Shown in pieces: positions 39,998-48,463 of a stretch of DNA of 64,000 nucleotides. The notes beneath the pieces were generated by a model, which was not told the origin of the DNA, did no database searches, and was given only the letters and a program-made list of their open reading frames with translations. The translations under genes and the position numbers were made by a program. Where the stretch lies: positions 2,784,001 through 2,848,000 of the forward strand of contig OZ242260.1 of assembly GCA_965207065.1 (NCBI GenBank). Direction: 5' to 3'. The stretch comes from a bacterium (GTDB lineage Bacteria > UBA8248). Each line of letters starts with the position of its first letter. The first letter of the stretch is position 1.

Positions 39998-40963
39998 TCA
40001 ATTCGTCGGCGCGGGTGGCACGACGAGCACGCCGTGCGCCCCGTTTCCCACGCGGATTGTCCTGATGTTGCGGTGTGATTTCGCGTCCATCACGAACACT
40101 TCTTTCGAATCGCGGTTCGTCACGTAGGCGAGCGCGCCGTCGGGCGTGAAGGCGATGAGGTCGGGCCGTATGCCCTGCTTCACGCTGGCGACGCGCTTTT
40201 GCGAGGGAAGCGAGAAGACCGACACGCGGTTTTTGTGCGGGAGGGTGACGTAGAGGAACTTCCCGTCCGGCGTGATGAGGGTGTCGTGCGGCTCGCCGGA
40301 GAGTTTGATGGTGCGGATGATTTCCAGGGTATCGAGGTCGACCACGCTGTAGGAGTTCCGCTCCCCGTTCATAACGTAGAGCCTTTTGCCGTCGGGCGTC
40401 ACGTCGATTCCCTCGATGTAGTGGCCCGCCTCGATTTGTTTGACGGGCTTTCTCGTATCGAGATCGACAACGGAGACGTCCTCGCTGAGCTCATTCGCCA
40501 CGAAGGCCCGGCGGCCGTCGGGGCTCAGCTTGATGTTCACCGGGTTGTTGCCGCCGTGCTTGATGAGGCCGATGACCTTGCGCGCCGCGACGTCGAGGAT
40601 CGTCACGTTGTCCGAATATGTGTTCACGAAATAGGCGCGCTCGCCGTCGGGGGAGAACGCCAGGTTGTAGGGGTCGCGCCCCGCGCGTACGCGGCGGACG
40701 AACTTGAGCGTATGCGTGTCGAAAACGCGCACGAAGGCGCTGCCGTCGTTGATGACGTAAGCGTGGCGCCCGTCGGGCGCGAGGGAGAGACGGTTCGCCT
40801 TCCTGCCCGCGGGGATCGTTGTGATGACCTCATGCGAATTGCGCGAGATGACGCTCAGCGTGCCGTCGCGCGTGTTCGTGACCAGAATCCGCTCGCCCGC
40901 CGCAAGCGCGCTGGCGGGAGCCAACAGCAGAAAAATGATGAGTGTGGTGACCGCTTTGTACAT
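39998..40963 (-). CDS. Secreted YVTN/YncE-type beta-propeller protein
   Basis: Signal peptide; six (S/T/A)PDG..(A/L)(Y/F)V repeats of about 42 aa plus an N-terminal blade. Confidence 0.9.
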   Translation of the reverse strand: MYKAVTTLIIFLLLAPASALAAGERILVTNTRDGTLSVISRNSHEVITTIPAGRKANRLSLAPDGRHAYVINDGSAFVRVFDTHTLKFVRRVRAGRDPYNLAFSPDGERAYFVNTYSDNVTILDVAARKVIGLIKHGGNNPVNIKLSPDGRRAFVANELSEDVSVVDLDTRKPVKQIEAGHYIEGIDVTPDGKRLYVMNGERNSYSVVDLDTLEIIRTIKLSGEPHDTLITPDGKFLYVTLPHKNRVSVFSLPSQKRVASVKQGIRPDLIAFTPDGALAYVTNRDSKEVFVMDAKSHRNIRTIRVGNGAHGVLVVPPAPTN

Positions 40964-40974
40964 GATGGAGGAAC

Positions 40975-41412
40975 CTACCGGCCTTGTTGCTTCAAAAACG
41001 CCTCTTTCGCCCTGGGGTCGAAGCGGCAATTGCACATATTGCGGATCAGGGCCACCAAATCACGAATCTCTCGTTTTGTAAACACGTTGCCCCAGGGCGG
41101 CATGATGGGGGAGAGGTCGCTCGCCCCGCCCCCGTGGGTGATGGTGCGCACCATGTCCTCGTCCGAGAACTGGGCCATGTCCTTCCCGTCGGTGAGATTG
41201 CGGGGGCTCACGGGAAGCTTCTTGGTGTTGTTCACCCCCTTGCCGTCTCCCTTGGGGCCGTGGCACTGGATGCAGTACCAGCGGAAATTCTCCGCAGCGC
41301 TCACGCGGCTTGCGGACTCCTCCGCGCCTGCAAGCAAGGGCGCGCCCGCCGCGACGGCGATGATGCAAGCGGATATGAACAATCCACCGATGAGACGTGA
41401 TGAACGCTTCAT
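40975..41412 (-). CDS. Monoheme cytochrome c with C-terminal CxC
   Basis: Signal peptide, CIQCH, MPPWG (Met ligand candidate), RNMCNC. Confidence 0.9.
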   Translation of the reverse strand: MKRSSRLIGGLFISACIIAVAAGAPLLAGAEESASRVSAAENFRWYCIQCHGPKGDGKGVNNTKKLPVSPRNLTDGKDMAQFSDEDMVRTITHGGGASDLSPIMPPWGNVFTKREIRDLVALIRNMCNCRFDPRAKEAFLKQQGR

Positions 41413-42128
41413 TTGAAACTCGCGATATAGGCGGCGAGAGCGATGAAATCCTTCTCGCTCAGCCGGGTGAACGGCTTATCCCCGTACACCGGCATTCTGC
41501 CGTTGGGGTTGTAGCGCGCAGGTTTTTTGAGGAAAGCCACGATGAAATCGGGGTTCAGCCGGCGTCCCGCATCCTTGAAATGGGGCGCGCTGTGGCCGCC
41601 GACCTCAATTCGAGTCCGGTAGACCGTTTTTCGTATCGCGACCATATGGCACGAATAACACGGCTGTTTTTTCTGAAACAGTATCCTCGCGCGCCTGAGC
41701 ACTTTTCTGGGGATTTTCTTCCATCGCGGAACGACGCCCACCGGCATTTGCGGGTCTTTTAAGCTCTCCAGATAGGCTGCGACCTTGGCCGCATCTTTTT
41801 CTGCAAGGACGGGATGCGGGTATTTCCCCCGCTTCATGGCGCCGTAGATGACGCCGCGAAAAGGTTCCGGCTTGGCCAGCCATTGCGCCAGAAAGCCGGG
41901 CCGGAACTTGCTGCCCGCATACCAGAGCGTGGGGCCTTTGATCCCGTGGCGTGCAGGCGGGGGGATCCTGTTTTCAGGGCCTTTGCGGGTGTGACAGCTT
42001 CCGCAGTTGTTATTCTGAAAGAGCGCCTTTCCCTCATCGAACTCCGCACCTTGCGAGGCAGTAGGCGCAAGCAGGAGAAAGCAAATTCCCGCGAACGCGA
42101 GGGGAAGCGTCTTGTTGATGCGTTTCAT
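41409..42128 (-). CDS. Diheme cytochrome c
   Basis: Signal peptide, CGSCH and CYSCH; each followed by GP.L..AG / AP.F..AG motifs. Confidence 0.9.
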   Translation of the reverse strand: MKRINKTLPLAFAGICFLLLAPTASQGAEFDEGKALFQNNNCGSCHTRKGPENRIPPPARHGIKGPTLWYAGSKFRPGFLAQWLAKPEPFRGVIYGAMKRGKYPHPVLAEKDAAKVAAYLESLKDPQMPVGVVPRWKKIPRKVLRRARILFQKKQPCYSCHMVAIRKTVYRTRIEVGGHSAPHFKDAGRRLNPDFIVAFLKKPARYNPNGRMPVYGDKPFTRLSEKDFIALAAYIASFK

Positions 42129-42203
42129 CCAGATAGTCTCGTAATCTTCTAGATAGTTTCGCTAGTCTCGGGCGGTCGCGTCGTGAAGTTTGCCGAAAAA
42201 GCC

Positions 42204-43274
42204 TTATTTCGGCAACTCGGGGGCCTTGACTTCGGGGAGGTCGCCCGTGAGCGCGCCCATGAAGGCGATCAGGTCCGCTTTTTCGGTCTTCGTGAGCTTC
42301 AGGGGCTTCATGTCCGGGTCAAGATGGGGGTTCGGATGGCCACCTTCCTCATAGAAATCGACCACTTCCTCCAGCGTGGCGAAGCGGCCGTCGTGCATGT
42401 AGGGCGCTGTCTGGGTGATGTGGCGAAGCGTGGGCGTCTTGAACTTGCCCCGGTCCTTTATTTTCCGGGTGATTTTCTCCCTTCCAACCTGCAAAGGCTT
42501 CTTGTCCATCCCGACGCCTAAGTTGTGGAACTTGTCGTCCGTGAAGGGTGCGCTGAACTCATCCACCAGGTGGCATTTCACGCAATTGCCCTTTTTCATG
42601 AAAACCTCGAATCCCCTGATCGCCCGGGGCGATAGCGCTGACTCATCGCCTCCGTATTTCCAGCGGTCGAAGGGGGAATTTCCTGAGAGCAGGGTGCGCT
42701 CGAAGGTGGCGATGGCCTGAACCACGCGCTCGAGACTGACCCCGGGACTCCCGAATGCCTCATTGAACCGCGCGCGGTATTCGGGGATTGCGCCGAGCGT
42801 TTTGATAATCCTCGCCTCATTGGATGCCATTTCGCTCGGATGGAGGATGGGCCCCCTGGCCTGCTCCTCGAGGCTCGCGGCGCGCCCGTCCCAGAAGTGG
42901 GTTTCGTTGTAGGCGGCGTTGATGACCGTGGGGACGTTCCGGAGCGTGAGCCTGCCGTCAAAGCCCGTACCGTACTGGCGCGCATTCGAGAATCCGCGCC
43001 GGGGCATGTGGCAGGTCGCGCAGGAGACCTTCCCGTCGCCGGAGTAGCGTTTTTCGAAGTAGAGCATCTTGCCGAGTTCGATCTTGGGCCGCGTCATGGG
43101 GTTGTCATCGGGCACGGGAACGTCGTCGAGGCCCAGGGGAGGTTCCGGGGGGAGTTCCACTTGCGGGCGCCCATCCTGCGCGTGCGCCGGTGGCGCAGGC
43201 ATCCACCCGAGCGCCGGGATCAGGAGACACAGCGCCGCGATCTGCGCGAGGTGATATATGGACTTTCTCTTCAA
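42204..43274 (-). CDS. Diheme cytochrome c peroxidase/MauG family protein
   Basis: LGKMLYFE, SCATCH, RNVPT, FWDGRA..LEEQA, CVKCH, FKTPTLR, PYMHDG, VVDFY. Confidence 0.93.
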   Translation of the reverse strand: MKRKSIYHLAQIAALCLLIPALGWMPAPPAHAQDGRPQVELPPEPPLGLDDVPVPDDNPMTRPKIELGKMLYFEKRYSGDGKVSCATCHMPRRGFSNARQYGTGFDGRLTLRNVPTVINAAYNETHFWDGRAASLEEQARGPILHPSEMASNEARIIKTLGAIPEYRARFNEAFGSPGVSLERVVQAIATFERTLLSGNSPFDRWKYGGDESALSPRAIRGFEVFMKKGNCVKCHLVDEFSAPFTDDKFHNLGVGMDKKPLQVGREKITRKIKDRGKFKTPTLRHITQTAPYMHDGRFATLEEVVDFYEEGGHPNPHLDPDMKPLKLTKTEKADLIAFMGALTGDLPEVKAPELPK

Positions 43275-43311
43275 GGCGGAGCACCGTCCAGGGTAGATAG
43301 GGCTCTCTGCA

Positions 43312-43704
43312 TTATGACCTTTTCAGCAACTCGATGCTGACGCCATCGGGCGCCTCGATGAAGGCGATCTGCGTCGTCGGGTTGAATTGCACCGGTTCGA
43401 CGGTGAATTTCACGCCTTTTCCCTTGAGGTCGTCGCAATAGGCCTGAAAATCGCCTGCGATCTGGAAGGCGAAATGATCCGTCCCCCATTCGAGGCCGCC
43501 CTTTTCGCCCGCGCTTTCGCCGGTTCTCTCCCCGCGGACGATGACCGTGGCGCCGTTGAATTTTACGGGGATCTGCGGCGCGCCCTTGAACACGCCGCCC
43601 TCTCCGCGCTCGCCGCCCAGGTTCTCGACGAACCAGTTCACGCTCGCCTCGGGGTCTTTGCTGATGACGTGCACGTGATCGAATACGATGCTGGCTGAAC
43701 TCAT
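43312..43704 (-). CDS. VOC/glyoxalase family protein
   Basis: FDHVHV, DHFAF, FIEAPDGVSIEL. Confidence 0.88.
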   Translation of the reverse strand: MSSASIVFDHVHVISKDPEASVNWFVENLGGERGEGGVFKGAPQIPVKFNGATVIVRGERTGESAGEKGGLEWGTDHFAFQIAGDFQAYCDDLKGKGVKFTVEPVQFNPTTQIAFIEAPDGVSIELLKRS

Positions 43705-43788
43705 TTCTTATTTCTCCTTTCGCTTAACCGTCCCGAGCCGCGCGAGGAGAATCTCGCGCCCCGATTTTATCCGGCCGCTCTCTGTTGT

Positions 43789-44439
43789 TTAACCTTCCCA
43801 GGTGACGTCCCCGAATTCATCAGGCGCAGGCCTTCCTGCGGCCCGGAATCCGGCGACTTCCGCCTTGCTCTGCGCGACGGTGCTGTTCGCCCCGTGGCCG
43901 GGGTAGAGAACGGTATCGTCGGGCAGGGCGAAGACCTTGTTCTCGATGGAATCGAGCGACTTGAGCAATTGGTCGTGATTCCACGTTTTTCCGGGGCCGC
44001 CGGGGAAAATCGTATCCCCGCATACGCAGTGGCCCGGGTAGAGGAACATCAGCATACCCTTGCAGTGGCCGGGCGTGTGGATGGCCTTGAGGGTGATCTC
44101 GCCGAATGTGATCTCTTCGCCGTCCGCGATGGTGAAATCGGGGCTGATGCCGAACTCCCTGGCGTCCTCGGCGTGCTGGCCCAGGGGCGCGCCCGTGCGG
44201 CTTCGCACCTCATCGAGCGCGTCGATGTGGTCGCCGTGGCAATGGGTCTGTAGAATGTATTTGGGCGTGGCGCCTTCGCACGCGGCGAGAATCGGCTCGG
44301 CGGAATGAGAGGTGTCGATGATGACGCACTCTTTCGTCGCCTTGCACGTCAGCACGTACACGTTGTTGCTGTAGGGGCCGATGTTGAGTTTTTGGAAATC
44401 GAGTGCGGGAAGGTCCACTCTCTGGTCGAATTCACCCAT
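43789..44439 (-). CDS. MBL-fold metallo-hydrolase (glyoxalase II-like)
   Basis: THCHGDH, HTPGH, GDTIF, YPGHG. Confidence 0.9.
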   Translation of the reverse strand: MGEFDQRVDLPALDFQKLNIGPYSNNVYVLTCKATKECVIIDTSHSAEPILAACEGATPKYILQTHCHGDHIDALDEVRSRTGAPLGQHAEDAREFGISPDFTIADGEEITFGEITLKAIHTPGHCKGMLMFLYPGHCVCGDTIFPGGPGKTWNHDQLLKSLDSIENKVFALPDDTVLYPGHGANSTVAQSKAEVAGFRAAGRPAPDEFGDVTWEG

Positions 44440-44535
44440 GTCGTTTTCTCTCCTTTGTCTGATGAAGACCTGTGTTCATGAAGACGAGGTGACAGGAAAC
44501 TTTACTGCCTTAACCGGGCGGACCACAACTGCAAG

Positions 44536-45222
44536 GTGAGAATTTTCGTGGACAAACCCTTCGTATACGCGAACCTGGCGATGACGCTCGACGGAAAAAT
44601 CGCAGGCCGCGACCGCGCGGATTTCTCCCTGGGCTCCAAAGCGGATCGCCTGGAGATGGATCGACTGAGAGCCTGTGCGGACGTCGTGGTATGGGGCGGG
44701 CAGACGCTCAGGACGGCGCGGCATCCAGCACGGGTGCGCGAGGAATCCCTCGCCCGCGAGCGCGTGGAACGCGGCCTGCCACCGCACCCGGCGAACGCCG
44801 TGATCACGAAAAGCGGCGATTTCCCGAAAAATTTGCCGTGGTTTGCGAACGATGAGATTGAGCGGTACATATTCACCGCGCCTGAGGGTGCGCGCCGCTT
44901 AGAAGAAGCCCATACGGGAAACGCGCGAATCGTGGTTCTGGACGAGGCGGGATCCCTCCCTGAGCAGGTGCTGGCCTATTTTAGCGAGCGGGGGATGAAG
45001 CGCGTGCTTCTCGAGGGCGGGGGTTCCCTGGTATGGGAGTTCGCCCGGCATATCGATGCGTTTCACGTGACGCTCACACCATGGCTGGCGGGGGGCGCAT
45101 CCGCACCGACGCTCATGGACGGGCCGGGTTTTCCCTCGGGCGAGTTTCTTGGGCTCACGCTCGAGGAGGCACGCAGAGAAGGGGATGAGCTGTTCCTGCG
45201 CTACAAGGCGAAGACTGTGTGA
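44536..45222 (+). CDS. RibD C-terminal (reductase) domain protein
   Basis: KPFVYANLAMTLDGKIA, LRA.AD, G.QTLR, LLEGGG. Confidence 0.85.
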   Translation: MRIFVDKPFVYANLAMTLDGKIAGRDRADFSLGSKADRLEMDRLRACADVVVWGGQTLRTARHPARVREESLARERVERGLPPHPANAVITKSGDFPKNLPWFANDEIERYIFTAPEGARRLEEAHTGNARIVVLDEAGSLPEQVLAYFSERGMKRVLLEGGGSLVWEFARHIDAFHVTLTPWLAGGASAPTLMDGPGFPSGEFLGLTLEEARREGDELFLRYKAKTV

Positions 45223-45298
45223 TGGCCTGTCCACCGAGGGTGTTGAGAAAGTTCCTTTTCAGGGGATAGAGGGGACGCCCCGCTCGTCTTCCTTCTGC

Positions 45299-45428
45299 CT
45301 TGAAAACCAACCCCCCCTACCCCCCCTTAACAGGGGGGCAAGAAAAAACAAAAGCTCCCCTACCGGCGGCGGGCGTCGCCTTTTTATACCCCCCTGACAA
45401 GGGGGGGTAGGGGGGGTTGCTTTTCAAG
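45299..45428. repeat. Poly-C/poly-G inverted repeat element
   Basis: 40-bp arms 45299-45338 and 45389-45428, 37/40 complementary. Confidence 0.8.
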
Positions 45429-45476
45429 TCGGCGGCCGTCGTTTTACTCCCCTAACAAGGGGGTCGGGGGTTTTTT

Positions 45477-45546
45477 GTAGGGGTCGCATATATGCGACCC
45501 GCCTTTTTCGCCGCCCGCCATGGGTCGCATGGTATGCGACCCCTAC
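45477..45546. repeat. GTAG REP doublet (REPIN-like)
   Basis: GTAGGGGTCGCATATATGCGACCC facing GGGTCGCATGGTATGCGACCCCTAC. Confidence 0.8.
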
Positions 45547-45702
45547 ATAACCACCACGATCCGCAAGGGACTATTCCACCAGCCGCCCACCGCGCGGATT
45601 GAACCGCCACCGCGCCGTGTGGTACTCATGGAAGTCTAAAAATCATGTTCTCATGACATTCCAACGGTTGCATTGCGATGATGTCGCCGGGAGGAGGAAG
45701 CC

Positions 45703-46692
45703 GTGGCCACCAGGGCGAAGCGAAGATCGGCAAAACCGAAGAGGTTGACGAAAAAGGACTTGAACGCGATGTACCGCAACATGCTGCGCATCCGCCGCTT
45801 CGAGGAGAAGACGGACGAGTTCTTCATGGCGGGCCGGGTAAAGGGGGCGGTTCACGTGAGCATCGGGCAGGAGGCGTGCTCGGTCGGCGTCTGCACGGCG
45901 CTGAACGATGAGGACGCCATCCTGACCACCCACCGGGGCCACGGGCACTCCATCGCCAAGGGCACCCGGATGCCCGAGATGATGGCCGAGTTGCTTGGCA
46001 AGTCCACCGGCCTCTGCAAGGCGCGCGGCGGCTCCATGCACATCGCCGACATCTCGAAGGGCCACTACGGCGCGCACTCCATCGTGGGGGCGAACATGCC
46101 GATGGCGACGGGCATGGGCCTCGCCTATCAACTGGAAGGCACGGGCCGCGTGGCGGTGGTCTTCTTCGGCGACGGCGCGTCGAACCAGGGCAGTTTTCAT
46201 GAGTCGATGAACCTGTGCGCCATCTGGAAGCTGCCGGTCATCTTCTTCTGCGAGAACAACCACTACGCGGTGAGCTACCACGTGGAGCGCTCCACGGCGG
46301 TGAAGGACATCAGCGTGCGCGCGCAGGGCTACAACGCGCCCGGCGTAACGGTGGACGGCATGGACGTTGTGGCCGTCTACGAAGCGACCGCCGAGGCCGT
46401 GCGCAGGGCGCGCGAGGGCGGCGGCCCGAGCCTGATCGAGGCGAAGACCTACCGCTTCTTCGGCCACTCGCGCGGCGACCCCCAGTTCGGCCCCTACCGC
46501 ACGAAGGAAGAGGTGGACGAGTGGAGAAAGCGCGATCCGCTTACCATCGCGGCGAAGATGCTCAAAATGACGGAAGCGCAGAAAAAGGCGCACTTAAAAG
46601 CCGTGGACGATGAGTTGAACGGGGCTATCGACTTTGCGGAGCAAAGCCCGGAAGCGACGCTCGAATCCGCACTCGAGGACGTATACGCGTAA
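45703..46692 (+). CDS. TPP-dependent dehydrogenase E1 alpha subunit (AcoA/PdhA-like)
   Basis: GQEA, HRGHGH, GGSMH, GDGA...ENN TPP motif, YRFFGHS. Confidence 0.93.
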   Translation: MATRAKRRSAKPKRLTKKDLNAMYRNMLRIRRFEEKTDEFFMAGRVKGAVHVSIGQEACSVGVCTALNDEDAILTTHRGHGHSIAKGTRMPEMMAELLGKSTGLCKARGGSMHIADISKGHYGAHSIVGANMPMATGMGLAYQLEGTGRVAVVFFGDGASNQGSFHESMNLCAIWKLPVIFFCENNHYAVSYHVERSTAVKDISVRAQGYNAPGVTVDGMDVVAVYEATAEAVRRAREGGGPSLIEAKTYRFFGHSRGDPQFGPYRTKEEVDEWRKRDPLTIAAKMLKMTEAQKKAHLKAVDDELNGAIDFAEQSPEATLESALEDVYA

Positions 46693-46747
46693 AGAAACCC
46701 CATCCCCCGGCGCTGCGCGCCCGGTGAGAACCCTGGAGAGAGGCGAC

Positions 46748-47728
46748 ATGCGAGAGATTACTTTTGTGGATGCGTTGACCGAGGCCCATCACGAGGAGAT
46801 GGAGCGCGATGAGCGCGTGATCGTCATGGGCGAGGACGTGGAGCTGGCCTACGTCTTCGGCGTCACGAAGGGGCTGGCCGAAAAATTCGGGCGCGACCGC
46901 GTGCGCGACACGCCCATCAGCGAACTCGGCATCGTGGGCGCGGGCGTGGGCGCCGCCATGGCGGGCTACCGGCCCATCGTCGAGATCATGTTCATGGACT
47001 TCATCATGCTGGCGATGGACCCGCTCATCAACCAGGCGGCGAAGCTGCGCTACATGCTGGGCGGGCAGTTGAGCGTGCCGCTCGTGGTGCGCACCCCGGG
47101 CGGCGGCGGCGTGCAGTACGGTCCCACGCACAGCCAGTGCCTGGAAGCCTGGTTCATGCAGATACCGGGCATCAAGGTGGCGGCGCCGAGCGACCCCGCC
47201 GACGCCAAGGGCCTCATGTGCGCCGCGATTCGCGACGACAACCCCGTGCTCATGGTGGAGCACAAGATGCTCTACAAGATGAAGGGCCCCGTGCCCGAGG
47301 GCGAGCACGTGACACCTTTCGGGCAGGCCGCCGTGAAGCGAGAGGGCACGGACATCACCCTCATCGGCGTTGGCTACCAGGTGCACAACTGCCTGGCGGC
47401 GGCGGATGAACTCGCGAAAGAGGGGGTCAGCGCAGAAGTGGTCGACCCCAGGACGCTGGCCCCGCTCGATACCGGGACGCTCGCCGAATCGGTCCGCAAG
47501 ACGAACCGCTGCATCATCGTCGAGGAAGGGCACCTGAGGAGCGGCGTGGGTTCGGAGATATCCGCGGCCGTTCAGGAGGAAGCCTTCGACTACCTCGACG
47601 CCCCCATCGGCCGCGTGGCCGCCCTCGACGCGCCCATCCCCTTCGAGCCCCGCTTAGAAGATTTCGTGCTCCCCAACACGGCGAACGTCGTCGACGCCGC
47701 GAAGAAGGCGTTGGGGGTAAGTGTGTAG
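46748..47728 (+). CDS. TPP-dependent dehydrogenase E1 beta subunit (AcoB/PdhB-like)
   Basis: GEDV, DTPISE, EIMFMDF, HSQ, VVDPRTL.PLD, LDAP. Confidence 0.93.
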   Translation: MREITFVDALTEAHHEEMERDERVIVMGEDVELAYVFGVTKGLAEKFGRDRVRDTPISELGIVGAGVGAAMAGYRPIVEIMFMDFIMLAMDPLINQAAKLRYMLGGQLSVPLVVRTPGGGGVQYGPTHSQCLEAWFMQIPGIKVAAPSDPADAKGLMCAAIRDDNPVLMVEHKMLYKMKGPVPEGEHVTPFGQAAVKREGTDITLIGVGYQVHNCLAAADELAKEGVSAEVVDPRTLAPLDTGTLAESVRKTNRCIIVEEGHLRSGVGSEISAAVQEEAFDYLDAPIGRVAALDAPIPFEPRLEDFVLPNTANVVDAAKKALGVSV

Positions 47729-47752
47729 GGGAAGGAGTGGGTTTGTTGATTT

Positions 47753-47855
47753 CGTAGGGGCGGACCTGTGTGTCCGCCCTGCGCGGGTGTCCATAGAGCC
47801 ACCACGTCATCGAATCAAACGGTAAACCGGGCGGACACACAGGTCCGCCCCTACG
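47753..47855. repeat. GTAG REPIN with perfect 27-bp arms
   Basis: CGTAGGGGCGGACCTGTGTGTCCGCCC and its exact reverse complement at 47829-47855. Confidence 0.85.
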
Positions 47856-47933
47856 GGTCAATCCCTCAGAAAATCCGTAACTGAATGGCGGCGGAAGCGG
47901 ATACCCCTGCGGGGGGAATGACGAATACGCCCC

Positions 47934-47957
47934 GGACAGGTCGCGACCTGTCCCTAC
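47934..47957 (-). repeat. Single GTAG REP
   Basis: GGACAGGTCGCGACCTGTCCCTAC hairpin ending in CTAC. Confidence 0.7.
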
Positions 47958-47974
47958 AATTCAAGAGAGACTGC

Positions 47975-48145
47975 CTATTCCTCGCTCCACGCCTTCTCGT
48001 ACTTCGCCCGGTGCTCTTTTGGCAGCGGGGAGGCGAAATACGATATCCCGACGAAGAGCACCGTGTTCACCAGCAGGCCGAAGAAGCCCGGCAACGTCCC
48101 GTCTCGGTAAAACCACGATCCGTGCAAACCCACACGCCCTTGCAT
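47975..48145 (-). pseudogene. 56-codon single-TM ORF, possible 3' remnant of a sodium:solute symporter-like gene
   Basis: Own translation: MQGRVGLHGSWFYRDGTLPGFFGLLVNTVLFVGISYFASPLPKEHRAKYEKAWSEE*; below ORF-track cutoff. Confidence 0.4.
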
Positions 48146-48175
48146 GCGACCTGTTCATGGACTATATTCAGTCCA
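48140..48175 (+). promoter_or_regulatory. TA promoter and operator
   Basis: TTGCAT, 17-bp spacer, TATATT; overlapped by inverted repeat TGGACT-N6-AGTCCA. Confidence 0.7.
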
Positions 48176-48187
48176 CAGGAGGCGGCC

Positions 48188-48463
48188 ATGACCCTTTCGG
48201 ACCGGATAAAACCCATCAGTTACCTCAAGGCGCACGCCGCGGAAATCGTCCGCACGCTCGGGGAGCGGGGAGAACCCCTGGTGATCACCCAGAACGGGGA
48301 AGCCAAGGTGGTCATGCAGGACATCGACAGCTACGAGCAGATGCAGGAGACGCTCGCCCTGCTCAAGATTCTCGCCCTGGGCGACCGCCAGATTGAAGCC
48401 GGGCAGACGCAGCCCGCTGCCGATGTGACGGCGCGGCTCCGGGAGCGGCTCCCGGCCCGCTGA
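48188..48463 (+). CDS. Phd/YefM family antitoxin
   Basis: IKPISYLKAHAAEI, PLVITQNGEAKVVMQDI.SYE; AGGAGG RBS. Confidence 0.92.
   Translation: MTLSDRIKPISYLKAHAAEIVRTLGERGEPLVITQNGEAKVVMQDIDSYEQMQETLALLKILALGDRQIEAGQTQPAADVTARLRERLPAR

Noticed and set aside
33776-47957. Repeat patches as CRISPR arrays
   Set aside because: They are inverted hairpin doublets, not regularly spaced direct repeats with unique spacers; no cas genes.
47885-48187. 192-aa extended antitoxin ORF
   Set aside because: The extension runs through REP DNA and the promoter; the AGGAGG RBS supports ATG 48188.
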